From a virus (lineage: Duplodnaviria > Caudoviricetes): a stretch of DNA of 64,000 bases. This document shows, one piece after another, positions 46,562 to 56,148 of this stretch; positions within the stretch are counted from its first letter, which is position 1; each line of letters starts with the position of its first letter. The stretch is from positions 165-64,164 of IMG/VR virus record IMGVR_UViG_3300029319_000032, one strand, 5' to 3'. Both the position numbers and the translations under genes were made by a program. A model generated the notes under the pieces. The model searched no databases, was not told the DNA's origin, and saw only the letters and a program-made list of their open reading frames with translations.

Positions 46562-48561
46562 TGTCACGAATCAAAGAAGACGATAAAGCAAGAGAAAATA
46601 GAGAAATTTTTCAACGTTATGCAGAAGCTAGAAGAGACTGGGATGTTGAAGCTAGAGACGCAATAGATTTTACACTAGGGAATCATTATACAGAGCAAGA
46701 GTCAGAAGTATTACAATCTGTAGGTCAAGCAGATTTTACTATTGACAGAATCTATGCTGCTATAGATAAGCTAAAATCTCTAATGACATCAAGACCTGTA
46801 AAGTTTGGTGTTACTGCTAGAGAAGATTCAGATACGAAATTAGCTAATGTTTGGAGAACGTTATTAGAATATATCTATGATATATCAGATGGGCAGCATC
46901 ACTTCAAACAAGCTGTACACGATTATGCAACTGCTGGTATTGGTTATTTCTATGCATACGTAGAACCAGAAGCAGATTATGGTAGAGGAGAAGTCATGTT
47001 TACTCATGTCAATCCATTTAGAGTGTACGTAGACCCTGCTTCTAGAGACAGGTATTTTAAAGATGCTGCAAACATTTTAATGTCTACTATCTTAACTAAA
47101 GAGCAATTATTAGACTTATACCCAGATGTAGAAGAGTTTCTACCAAACATTGAAACACATAATATGTCTGACTATTATGATGATTACCCTGACTCGCAGC
47201 AGAAAAACTCACAGAATGTATTTACACCTGCTGAAGTAGAAGATAAAGATTATGAAAGTACAATAGCACAACGTTATCGTATTATTGAACGTTTCAGTAA
47301 AGTAAGAGTGCCTTACTACAGAGTAGCTGACCAACAAAACAATACTGAAACAATTATGAGTGCAGAAGCATTTCAAATATTTATGGCTGAAAATGAAGCT
47401 CAGTTTAATAACAATACTTATGCTTTTGTAGAAATACCACAAACAAGAATTAAAGTTACAGCATCATTAGGACAAGTCCTTCTATATGAAACTATATTGG
47501 ACACTGATACTTATCCTATCGTTCCTATACCAAATATATGGACTAATACACCATATCCTAAATCAGATGTGAATAAAGTTAAAGATATGCAGAGACTACT
47601 TAATAAATTATTCTCTCTTGCATTATCTCATGCTCAAACTTCTGCTGGTCTAAAACTATTAGTACCACAAGGAAGTGTGGAAAGTATTTCACAACTTGAG
47701 AAAGATTGGGCTAATCCTAATGCTGTAATAGAATATGACCCAAGTTATGGAGAACCACATTTTCCTTCTCCACAACCTTTAACAAGTCAGTTCTATGCTC
47801 TTATTAATCAAGTAGAGCGTTATATTGACTTAAACTTCGGAGTTCCTGAGCTATTACAGGGGTTCAAAGAAGGTGCACCTCAAAGTGTACGTGGCACAAT
47901 GCTACTAGCACAAATGGGAGAAGGTCGTGGTGCTTCTAAGTTGCGTGACATTGAAATGGCATTGCAACAGCTTGGGAAAGTATTATATCAAATGTCTAAA
48001 GAACATTACACATTTGAAAAGAAATTTAGAATCGTACAACCAAACAATGATATTACACAGTTTGCTATTAACAATAGATTGTATGATGATAAAACAAAAG
48101 AATTGGTCAAAATAGAAAATGATATTACTTCAGGACAGTTTGATGTTCGTGTTGTTTCAGGTTCAACAATGCCTAATAACAAACACGCTGAATATCAAAT
48201 GTATCTAGAAGCATATCAGTTAGGATTGATTGATAGAACCGAAGCGTTAAAGAAAACAGAAATCTTTGACAAAGAAGGTGTCTTGCAACGTACTGGCGAA
48301 GTACAAAGAATGCAAGGTATTATTAGTCAATTACAAGACCAGATAAAACTTCTATCTGGAGATTTACAAACTGCCCAGAGAGAGTCTATGTCTGACAGAA
48401 AACGTGTTGAGGTACAGAAATTTAAATCTGAACTTAATAAAGTGGTTACTGGAGCAAAGGCTCAACAGAAAGTAAATACAGAGAGAACCAAACGTCAACA
48501 AGAACAACAGGTGCAGGCTGGAATAAATTCATTACTGTCAGAAGATATTGGTGAACAATAA
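46561..48561 (+). CDS. Portal protein, copy B
   Basis: Colinear paralogue of 868..2871. Confidence 0.85.
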   Translation: MSRIKEDDKARENREIFQRYAEARRDWDVEARDAIDFTLGNHYTEQESEVLQSVGQADFTIDRIYAAIDKLKSLMTSRPVKFGVTAREDSDTKLANVWRTLLEYIYDISDGQHHFKQAVHDYATAGIGYFYAYVEPEADYGRGEVMFTHVNPFRVYVDPASRDRYFKDAANILMSTILTKEQLLDLYPDVEEFLPNIETHNMSDYYDDYPDSQQKNSQNVFTPAEVEDKDYESTIAQRYRIIERFSKVRVPYYRVADQQNNTETIMSAEAFQIFMAENEAQFNNNTYAFVEIPQTRIKVTASLGQVLLYETILDTDTYPIVPIPNIWTNTPYPKSDVNKVKDMQRLLNKLFSLALSHAQTSAGLKLLVPQGSVESISQLEKDWANPNAVIEYDPSYGEPHFPSPQPLTSQFYALINQVERYIDLNFGVPELLQGFKEGAPQSVRGTMLLAQMGEGRGASKLRDIEMALQQLGKVLYQMSKEHYTFEKKFRIVQPNNDITQFAINNRLYDDKTKELVKIENDITSGQFDVRVVSGSTMPNNKHAEYQMYLEAYQLGLIDRTEALKKTEIFDKEGVLQRTGEVQRMQGIISQLQDQIKLLSGDLQTAQRESMSDRKRVEVQKFKSELNKVVTGAKAQQKVNTERTKRQQEQQVQAGINSLLSEDIGEQ

Positions 48562-48584
48562 CAGCACATCGGAAGGAAAATAAA

Positions 48585-49319
48585 ATGAGTGACGAAATGA
48601 TAAATGAAAATGAAACTTTAGAAGGTTCTGAAACTTCTGAAAATAATGACTTAAGTGAGCCAGAGGTTCAACAGGATTTGAGTTCTGACGTACCACAAGA
48701 AGATGAGGCACGTAAATTCCAGTCTATGTATGATAAAGCTCAGGCTGAGTTAGACAAAGTAAAACCAGTAGCAAAGCTATTTCAGGATAATCCTGAGCTG
48801 GTAGACGTTGTTAGAAACCACTTAACAGGGGGTAAAGGACAGGACAAAGAGCAAATACAAATAAATGAAGAGGAATTTAATCCTTGGGATGCGTATACAA
48901 ATCCAAATAGTAAATCGTATCAATTAAGACAACAAGAGATTGATGATGCTGTTAGCTCAAGAATGAGAGACTATATGGGTCGCTTAGAAGCACAGCGTCA
49001 AGTGGACACTCTTAAATTAAGAGCACAAACTGAATACAAGATGTCTGAAGCTGATGCAAACGACTTTGTAGATTTTGTTACAAAACCTAAAGAACAACTT
49101 CCTCTAGAGACACTGTTTAACGTATGGAATACAAATAAAAACGGTTTACCACAAGTAAATGAAAATATTGAAAGCGTAAAGCGAACACAACAAAAACCTA
49201 AGTCAGCTGGTTTAGTTCAAGGTGGAGAACCTCCTAAAACATCTGATGAAGATAATATGTGGTCCAATATTATGAAAGCTGGTAATACACGCTCTATACG
49301 TGGCAGTATTAAAAAATAA
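48585..49319 (+). CDS. Capsid scaffolding protein, copy B
   Basis: KFQSMYDK, PWDAY and QGGE shared with copy A. Confidence 0.7.
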   Translation: MSDEMINENETLEGSETSENNDLSEPEVQQDLSSDVPQEDEARKFQSMYDKAQAELDKVKPVAKLFQDNPELVDVVRNHLTGGKGQDKEQIQINEEEFNPWDAYTNPNSKSYQLRQQEIDDAVSSRMRDYMGRLEAQRQVDTLKLRAQTEYKMSEADANDFVDFVTKPKEQLPLETLFNVWNTNKNGLPQVNENIESVKRTQQKPKSAGLVQGGEPPKTSDEDNMWSNIMKAGNTRSIRGSIKK

Positions 49320-49337
49320 ACGTAAAGGGGAATTAAA

Positions 49338-50708
49338 ATGGCAATAACAAGTGGACAACTTAAAGCAAGTAATTTGACTGCTTCCACTACAGCTACTGGT
49401 GCTTCTGGCACTGGTGTTGCTCCTGACCAAAGAAGACTGTTTAACTTCAGCGACAGAATCGCTGAATTAGCACCTGAAGAATCACCATTCTTCGTGTACT
49501 TATCAAAAACAGCTAAACTTCCTACTGACGATTCTTTGTTCCGTTATCTTGAAGATAGGTCAAAGATTAGTTATACAAGTAGAAACTTCTTTATTGATGG
49601 AGCTGTAGGCACTGTAGTTGCAGGTACAAATTACACAGTAACTGTAGATGATAATGCATCATCACCAGCATCTATTGACTTTTTAGTCAAAGGTATGGTA
49701 ATCGCAGTTAGAACTCGTGGTGGAGATGACACACAGGGTTATGGAAATGCAATATTAAGAGTAGAGAGTGCACCAACAGATAATGGAGCAGACACTACAT
49801 TCTTAGCAAAATGTATTTCAGTATCAGGTGTTTCTGGTTCAGACTCAATCGAAGATGGTGACCCATGTCAAATCATTGGTTCAGCATACGCAGAAGGTTC
49901 TGGTTCACCAGACGTATTCTCAGAAGGCATCGATGATGGATTTGGATATACTCAAATCTTCAAAACTGCAGCTGAGGTTACAAACACTGCATACGCAACT
50001 CAACTTCGTGGATATTCCAACGAATTTGAAAGAGTGCTAGCTATGAAAATGAGAGAGCACAAAATTGATATTGAAAGAGCTATGCTTTTCAACCAAAAGG
50101 CTAGAATTGATGGCATTCAATATTCAGAAGGTCTAGTAGGACATATTATTAAAAACAGCACATTCGTAGCTGGAGATGCAGCTTTAACTTATGAACAAGG
50201 TAAAGCATACGCAAAAACCTATGACGAAGCTGAATTAACTTATGACTCACTATTAGGTGACTTTGAAGTACTATTTGACCCAGCAAGAGGTGGAAGTAAC
50301 GAAAGATTAGCATTAGCTTCTCTTCCTGTAATTTCTTACTTCAATAAAATGGGTGATGGTGCGTTTGTTGATAAATCAACTGAATCAACACAATATCAGA
50401 TTAATATGGATGAATTAGGTGGAGCGTTTGGTCACCAGTTAATGGAGATTAACACTGTACACGGTTCTGTTTACTTAGTAAAAGAGCCACTATTCAGAGG
50501 TCATTCATCTGGTTTAATGTTGATGGCTGATATGAGCAAACTATACTACAGACCATTAGTTGGTAATGGAGTTAACAGAGATACTCAAGTTATGACAAAT
50601 GTACAAGGTGCAGATGAAGACTTGAGAAAAGACATGATTCTTACTGAAGCAGGTCTTGAGGTATGTTTACCAGAATCTCATTACTTAATCAACTTGGAAG
50701 GAGTATAA
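49338..50708 (+). CDS. Major capsid protein, copy B
   Basis: 456 aa; diverged paralogue of 3685..5055. Confidence 0.85.
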   Translation: MAITSGQLKASNLTASTTATGASGTGVAPDQRRLFNFSDRIAELAPEESPFFVYLSKTAKLPTDDSLFRYLEDRSKISYTSRNFFIDGAVGTVVAGTNYTVTVDDNASSPASIDFLVKGMVIAVRTRGGDDTQGYGNAILRVESAPTDNGADTTFLAKCISVSGVSGSDSIEDGDPCQIIGSAYAEGSGSPDVFSEGIDDGFGYTQIFKTAAEVTNTAYATQLRGYSNEFERVLAMKMREHKIDIERAMLFNQKARIDGIQYSEGLVGHIIKNSTFVAGDAALTYEQGKAYAKTYDEAELTYDSLLGDFEVLFDPARGGSNERLALASLPVISYFNKMGDGAFVDKSTESTQYQINMDELGGAFGHQLMEINTVHGSVYLVKEPLFRGHSSGLMLMADMSKLYYRPLVGNGVNRDTQVMTNVQGADEDLRKDMILTEAGLEVCLPESHYLINLEGV

Positions 50709-50709
50709 G

Positions 50710-51183
50710 ATGGCTAAAGCAAGAGTACTAGAACAAAATAGTGCTGCTTTTAATAAACAAGTAGTACAATTAGTGAAAATTGACAACAGTGTTTCACCAA
50801 GAGCTTTAACTGCTGACATGAGTGGTGCGTTAGTAGTTATGGGAGCAACTGGTGGTGCAGTTGATGTTAATTTACCAGCAGCAGCTGATAATGAAGGAGT
50901 ATATTACGAATTTATTAATAACGCTGCTCTTGATGGAAAAATTACTGTTCAAGCTAAAGATGGAACTGATTTCTTTGTTGGAAGTATTTCTGACATTGAA
51001 ACAGCTACACCATCTAATGTTGCATTTAACGGCACATCACACGATGAGCTTGAATTTGCATCAGGTGCTGCCATTGGACACGTTTATATGAAATGTGTTT
51101 CTGATGGTAATAACTGGATAGTAGAAGGGCGTGCTCACGACGTAAGTGACATTGCTGCTAATACTTCATCAAGCAATACCTAA
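50710..51183 (+). CDS. Putative capsid decoration/accessory protein, copy B
   Basis: Follows the MCP; distant similarity to 5057. Confidence 0.5.
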   Translation: MAKARVLEQNSAAFNKQVVQLVKIDNSVSPRALTADMSGALVVMGATGGAVDVNLPAAADNEGVYYEFINNAALDGKITVQAKDGTDFFVGSISDIETATPSNVAFNGTSHDELEFASGAAIGHVYMKCVSDGNNWIVEGRAHDVSDIAANTSSSNT

Positions 51184-51192
51184 TAACAGTTA

Positions 51193-51232
51193 AGCTACTG
51201 GGGAGGGCGTTTAAACGCTCTCCCAAACAGCT
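51193..51232 (+). other. Intergenic RNA stem-loop (copy B)
   Basis: Stem GGGAGGGCGTT/AACGCTCTCCC with outer AGCT/AGCT. Confidence 0.6.
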
Positions 51233-51260
51233 AAAAAATTTTAAATAATAGGAGAATAAC

Positions 51261-51455
51261 ATGGCAGTATATAACGCAAATGTAAAAGTAATTATTAATG
51301 ATTTAAGTGTGAAAGCAGATGATGCATCTGGTTCATTAGCAAATGATATTAAAGAATTTGTTAATACTTTAGACAGCACAAACAATGAAATTATTTCAAC
51401 AGAGGCAGTAAAATTAGATGCTTCTAGAGTTGCATATATAATTCTTTATAAATAA
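51261..51455 (+). CDS. Small conserved virion-operon protein, copy B
   Basis: Paralogue of 5566. Confidence 0.75.
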   Translation: MAVYNANVKVIINDLSVKADDASGSLANDIKEFVNTLDSTNNEIISTEAVKLDASRVAYIILYK

Positions 51456-51706
51456 TGTGTAAGTGTCAGCATTGTAATGCACCAAACCCAGAGGGTATGT
51501 TTAACTGTCCTTCTTGTGGTAAACGTGCACATCCACCTAAGTGGAGCACGCAATTCGTTATGAGAGATACTCCTATGGCTACAGCTATTAGAAAAGACCA
51601 AATAGATTTTGGTTCTAAAAGTATGGGAGACCATATAGAGCAAACTAAAAAGAAAAATGCAAAGTTAAGAGAAAAGAAGATGAACTCACTGATTAAGTGG
51701 GATTAA
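51455..51706 (+). CDS. Small zinc-ribbon protein, copy B
   Basis: CQHC...CPSCG. Confidence 0.7.
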   Translation: MCKCQHCNAPNPEGMFNCPSCGKRAHPPKWSTQFVMRDTPMATAIRKDQIDFGSKSMGDHIEQTKKKNAKLREKKMNSLIKWD

Positions 51707-51726
51707 ATTATAGGGAGAAAAAAACT

Positions 51727-51810
51727 ATGCCTTATCATGCAGGAAAAAAAATGAAGAAGAAAGTTTATGGCAAGAAAAAGAAAGTCAGTAAAAAGAAAAA
51801 AAAGAAGTAG
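51727..51810 (+). CDS. Lys-rich micro-ORF MPYHAGKKMKKKVYGKKKKVSKKKKKK
   Basis: SD GGGAG; positional counterpart of 6017. Confidence 0.5.
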   Translation: MPYHAGKKMKKKVYGKKKKVSKKKKKK

Positions 51811-51946
51811 TAAGCCTACACCAAAAAACAAGGCACTATATGCTAGAGTTAAAGCAGCAGCTAAGCGTAAGTTTGATGTTTACCCATCAGCTTATGCTAA
51901 TGCTTGGCTTGTTAGAGAATATAAAAAACGTGGTGGTAGATATTAA
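51767..51946 (+). CDS. Small K/R-rich protein (DUF5872-like), copy B
   Basis: Paralogue of 6207; below the ORF-track cutoff. Confidence 0.7.
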   Translation: MARKRKSVKRKKRSSKPTPKNKALYARVKAAAKRKFDVYPSAYANAWLVREYKKRGGRY

Positions 51947-52227
51947 TGGCTTACAGAGGTGGACTTAGGAAGTGGTTCAGTGAGAACTGGGTAGACATAG
52001 GTTCTAAGAAAAAAGGTGGAGGCTACAAGAAATGTGGTCGTAAATCTGCCAAAGGTAGTAAAAGAAAATATCCTAAGTGTGTACCAGCTGCAAAAGCAGC
52101 AAGAATGACTGCTGCAGAGAAAAGAAGTGCTGTAAGAAGAAAGAGAGCAAAAAAGCAAGGAGTAGGGGGAAAGCCTACAAATGTGCGTACATTTGCTAGA
52201 AAAAGAAATAGTAGAAAGAGAAAGTAA
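51946..52227 (+). CDS. Small K/R-rich protein, copy B
   Basis: Paralogue of 6443. Confidence 0.75.
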   Translation: MAYRGGLRKWFSENWVDIGSKKKGGGYKKCGRKSAKGSKRKYPKCVPAAKAARMTAAEKRSAVRRKRAKKQGVGGKPTNVRTFARKRNSRKRK

Positions 52228-52367
52228 TGCCTAGACCAAGTTTTGGAACACAAGTCAGACATACAAATGGCAAGAAGAAGACAAGACAAGGTCAAAGCGT
52301 GAATACAAAGTTTGGAAATAAAATGAGTAAAAAGCATTATAAGAAAAAATATAGAGGACAAGGATGA
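52227..52367 (+). CDS. Small basic protein ending KKYRGQG, copy B
   Basis: Paralogue of 6712. Confidence 0.7.
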   Translation: MPRPSFGTQVRHTNGKKKTRQGQSVNTKFGNKMSKKHYKKKYRGQG

Positions 52368-52663
52368 ATAAAGATAAAAAAAATCCATGGAACTATAATT
52401 TTTTAGGTCGTAAAGAACAGCCTTTGTCAGCTCATATGGCAGAGTCTGGTCCTATTGATGAAAAATCTATAGGTAGATATGCTAAAAAACAAGTAAGGCT
52501 TTTTAAACAAAAAAGAAAAGATTTTAATAAACAGATGCAAGAAAACAAAAGAAAAGCTGAAGAATACAACTTTCAAAAAAAAATGCAACGTCTTGAAAAA
52601 GAAAGAAAAAGAGTAAACGAAGAAATTAATAAATTAAATAACAGTAGAGTGATAGATGGCTAA
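52364..52663 (+). CDS. Hypothetical coiled-coil protein (copy B-specific)
   Basis: Occupies the position of 6861 in copy A. Confidence 0.55.
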   Translation: MNKDKKNPWNYNFLGRKEQPLSAHMAESGPIDEKSIGRYAKKQVRLFKQKRKDFNKQMQENKRKAEEYNFQKKMQRLEKERKRVNEEINKLNNSRVIDG

Positions 52664-54143
52664 TTTTGCAACAAGAATAAAAGATTTAACTGGATTTGAT
52701 GCTGACACTTCAGCAAAACAAGCTAGTGTTAATGACTGGCTGTCAGCTGGTGCTCGTTCTGTAATAAATGTACTTCCTTTAAATAAGCTTGAAAGAGTAG
52801 CAAGTAATGAAAACTTTACAAACAATATAGACGTAGAGGGAAAAAAGATTTTATCAGTTGTTAGAAAAGACAACAATCATACAAGTAAAATTTATACACC
52901 ATGTAGAAAACTACCACCTTCAATGATGGGAAGAGTAAATGATACAAACTATATGGAAGCTGCTTCAGAAAGTGACCCAGCATATATTATACAAAATGAT
53001 GTTTTAAATACATATCCAGGTAGTAATGCAAGCAATGATAGTAGAGTTGTATTTGTAAACTCTTCAATAACTGTAGCATACGGAGATAGCGTAATAGCAA
53101 ACTTTCCTGATGAAGCAGAAGAAGCAGTAGTTTTATATGGAGCAAGAAATGCTCTAAATAGATTAATGAATGACATGAATGCAATTAGTGCATTAAGTAT
53201 AAGTTCAAGTGCACCTAGCACTCCAGATGCACCTAGTATTTCATATAGTGATGCATCTGTTGGTAGCTCTGTTAGCTCAGCTCAAGATGCAGTAGCAACA
53301 GCACAAGATTCTATAGCAGCAGCACAGGACTCTATAGCAGCTGCACAAGATGGATATACTGGAGAAACATCAGTATCTGCAGGTAGTGCTAGTGGAAGTA
53401 CTGATTCTGCTTACAGTAAAGTTACACCAACAACATCAAATAGTGGTTCTTTGACTACTTTAACAGCAGGTACTAAAGGTACAGCAGATGACCAAATAGA
53501 TTCAGATAAATTCTTTGATGTTGCAGCTGATTTAATTGAAACAGATGAAGATGTTGAATTAGCTACTGCTCAAATAGCAAAAATTAATTCTTACGTAAAT
53601 GCTTTTAAAACAGAAGTAGAAAATGAAAAAGCAGCTATGACAGCGACCATTAAAGACGCTGAGCTTGCAACACAAGCTAGCATTGCATCTGCTAGAGAAA
53701 CCACTAGAGCAAATACTGCAATAGCATCAAGTAAAACTACTGCAGGCACTGCTAAGATGCAAGCCTCTACTAGTGCAGCTACTGCTAAAATGCAAGCATC
53801 AACATCTGCTGCTACTGCTAAAATGCAAGCTTCTACTAGTGCAGCAGTACAGAAAATGCAAACATCTACAGGTGCAGCTATAGAGTTAATGAGACAGGCT
53901 ACAAGTGTTAGCGTTCAAAATGAAGCAAGAACTTTAGAAGCTGCAATACAAGATTATGTTCAAGAAATTTCAAGATTTCAAACAGATATAGGAAAATTTT
54001 CTGCTAATGTAAATAAAGAAGTACAGCAATATAATTCTAACTTACAAAAAGATATTGCTAAATATGGCTGGTATGAAAAACAATATGCTATGATAGATGC
54101 AAGATATAAAGAGCAGATACAAACATTACAAGGAGCAATATAA
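52656..54143 (+). CDS. Virion structural protein with internal tandem repeats, copy B
   Basis: Paralogue of 7298; AQDSIAA and TAKMQASTSAA repeats. Confidence 0.5.
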   Translation: MANFATRIKDLTGFDADTSAKQASVNDWLSAGARSVINVLPLNKLERVASNENFTNNIDVEGKKILSVVRKDNNHTSKIYTPCRKLPPSMMGRVNDTNYMEAASESDPAYIIQNDVLNTYPGSNASNDSRVVFVNSSITVAYGDSVIANFPDEAEEAVVLYGARNALNRLMNDMNAISALSISSSAPSTPDAPSISYSDASVGSSVSSAQDAVATAQDSIAAAQDSIAAAQDGYTGETSVSAGSASGSTDSAYSKVTPTTSNSGSLTTLTAGTKGTADDQIDSDKFFDVAADLIETDEDVELATAQIAKINSYVNAFKTEVENEKAAMTATIKDAELATQASIASARETTRANTAIASSKTTAGTAKMQASTSAATAKMQASTSAATAKMQASTSAAVQKMQTSTGAAIELMRQATSVSVQNEARTLEAAIQDYVQEISRFQTDIGKFSANVNKEVQQYNSNLQKDIAKYGWYEKQYAMIDARYKEQIQTLQGAI

Positions 54144-54478
54144 TGGCTGCAATAGAATTTACAGGTAAAGAGATATACAGTAGAGTGTTACAGGCAGTGC
54201 CTGATGCATCAGAAAACTATATATTAAATTTAATTAATGAAGCATTAATTGATATGGGTCAGTTTTTGCAAAAAGTAGAATATGCTAAAGCTGATTTAGC
54301 ACATAATCAGTTATGGTATAATTTAGACGATGATAGAGCAATTACTGTGAATAAAGTATTTAGATGTGCAATTATAAATGACGCTGGTGAATATATACAA
54401 ATTCCTAGATTAACAAATCAGGAAATAAAACAGTTTTATAGCGAAGCATCAGCTAATACAACATGGACAGAGGTATAA
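54143..54478 (+). CDS. Putative head-tail adaptor/tail protein, copy B
   Basis: Paralogue of 8533. Confidence 0.5.
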   Translation: MAAIEFTGKEIYSRVLQAVPDASENYILNLINEALIDMGQFLQKVEYAKADLAHNQLWYNLDDDRAITVNKVFRCAIINDAGEYIQIPRLTNQEIKQFYSEASANTTWTEV

Positions 54479-54479
54479 T

Positions 54480-54929
54480 ATGGCAGCAGTAAGCAGTACA
54501 TACAAAGACCCATCAACATCATTCGTATGGTGGATTGAAGGCGATAGAATAGCCATAGCTACTGAAATAGGTGACGGTGGTACATCAGAGACTGCTGAAA
54601 CTAAACTAAAACCAGTACAGCTAGGCTCAGGTAATACTATAACAGATGGTATGGTAATATCTTATTATGCTGAACCAACAAAGTTATCATCTATTACAGG
54701 TACACTAGATATAGACAATACATTACAGCCTTTGTTGATTGATTATGTAAAAGGTAAAGCTCTTATGGATGCAGCAGCTAGAGAAAATAATCCAGCTATA
54801 GCACAGATTAGAATGGCATCAGCACAACAATGTCTAGTTAATTATAAAGAAGGGCTAAGAAAATTTGGTATGAAGAAGAATGATAAAACAGGTGGCACAA
54901 GAGGTATTGTTCCAGCTGATATGAGATAA
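54480..54929 (+). CDS. Putative adaptor/tail tubular protein, copy B
   Basis: Paralogue of 8874. Confidence 0.45.
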   Translation: MAAVSSTYKDPSTSFVWWIEGDRIAIATEIGDGGTSETAETKLKPVQLGSGNTITDGMVISYYAEPTKLSSITGTLDIDNTLQPLLIDYVKGKALMDAAARENNPAIAQIRMASAQQCLVNYKEGLRKFGMKKNDKTGGTRGIVPADMR

Positions 54930-54939
54930 AGGGGATAAA

Positions 54940-55236
54940 ATGGAGATAGGTAAAGACAGCAAATTTACATTTAGTATTGAGACACTTATCAGTATTGGTG
55001 TTACAATATTTATGATTGTTGGTTTATGGTTTAATTTACAAGCTGAAATTGAAGAAGCTAAAGAATTACCAGAACCACCAGTTAGTAGAACAGAATACGA
55101 TTTAAAAGACCAAATGATTCGTAATAGCATTATGAATACTGAAGAAAAAGTAGAAAAATTAGAAGAAAAAGTAGATGACATTAAAGAAGATACAAGAAGT
55201 ATCAATAAAACTCTACTTGATATGAATAATAACTAA
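54940..55236 (+). CDS. Membrane-anchored coiled-coil protein, copy B
   Basis: Paralogue of 9337. Confidence 0.5.
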   Translation: MEIGKDSKFTFSIETLISIGVTIFMIVGLWFNLQAEIEEAKELPEPPVSRTEYDLKDQMIRNSIMNTEEKVEKLEEKVDDIKEDTRSINKTLLDMNNN

Positions 55237-55248
55237 TGAGGTTTACAG

Positions 55249-55635
55249 ATGAACAACAGATTTATATCATACTTGGTATTAACGCTCTTCTCATCGCTAT
55301 CTTGGCTGCACTCACAATCAGTCAAATTAGATAGCTTCCAAGACGTACAATTACTGAACGTACAAAATTGCTCAGTAGTACAAGTAAATGCTTCTTGGAA
55401 TTACGGCAATAGAGTAAAAGTAGAGCAGTTAAGCAATTTATGTTATGTAGCAGAAATAGACATAGAAGATAAAGTAATTGGAGCTACAATAGTAAAAGAG
55501 TGGGATATTAGTATAGTGCCTACTATTATTGTTTTAGAGAACGGTAAAGAGGTTAAAAGATTTGAACCAGGTATTAGTATGAAGTTTGATGAAAGAACCA
55601 TTATGGAAGAAATAAGAAAAGAAGTAAGAAATTAA
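55249..55635 (+). CDS. Thioredoxin-like fold protein lacking CxxC, copy B
   Basis: Paralogue of 9646. Confidence 0.55.
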   Translation: MNNRFISYLVLTLFSSLSWLHSQSVKLDSFQDVQLLNVQNCSVVQVNASWNYGNRVKVEQLSNLCYVAEIDIEDKVIGATIVKEWDISIVPTIIVLENGKEVKRFEPGISMKFDERTIMEEIRKEVRN

Positions 55636-55937
55636 TGCCTAGAAAAAGAAAAACAAAAGCTATAAGAAGAACTACTAAAGGTAAGAACGCTAATTACAGA
55701 CCTACAAAGAAAGGTGCTGGAATGACAAAGAAGGGCGTAGCTGCTTACAGAAGAGCTAACCCTGGTAGTAAATTAAAGACTGCTGTTACTGGTAAAGTTA
55801 AAAAAGGCAGTAAAGCAGCTAAAAGAAGAAAGTCTTATTGTGCAAGGTCGTTAGGACAACTGAAAAGAAGTTCTGCAAAAACTAGAAACAATCCAAATTC
55901 TAGAATTAGACAAGCACGTAGAAGATGGAAATGTTAA
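55635..55937 (+). CDS. Small K/R-rich protein, copy B
   Basis: Paralogue of 10153. Confidence 0.75.
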   Translation: MPRKRKTKAIRRTTKGKNANYRPTKKGAGMTKKGVAAYRRANPGSKLKTAVTGKVKKGSKAAKRRKSYCARSLGQLKRSSAKTRNNPNSRIRQARRRWKC

Positions 55938-55952
55938 AGAATAGGAGATAAC

Positions 55953-56105
55953 ATGAACGTAGTAATCAGTAAATTATTAACAGGTTTATTAAGTGAAAAA
56001 ATCTTAAAAGCTGTGTTATTAAAACTTGGTGATTATTTCATCAAGAAGTCAGACAATAAATTAGATGATGAAATCTGGGCTGAAGTTAAAAAAGCCCTAA
56101 AATAA
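55953..56105 (+). CDS. Small amphipathic protein, copy B
   Basis: Paralogue of 10483; SD AGGAG. Confidence 0.65.
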   Translation: MNVVISKLLTGLLSEKILKAVLLKLGDYFIKKSDNKLDDEIWAEVKKALK

Positions 56106-56115
56106 GGAGAAGGAC

Positions 56116-56145
56116 ATGAACTGTGAATGTGGATGTGGGTGTTAA
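56116..56145 (+). CDS. 9-aa Cys-rich micropeptide MNCECGCGC (copy B)
   Basis: SD AAGGAG; same peptide as 10651. Confidence 0.65.
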   Translation: MNCECGCGC

Positions 56146-56148
56146 TAG

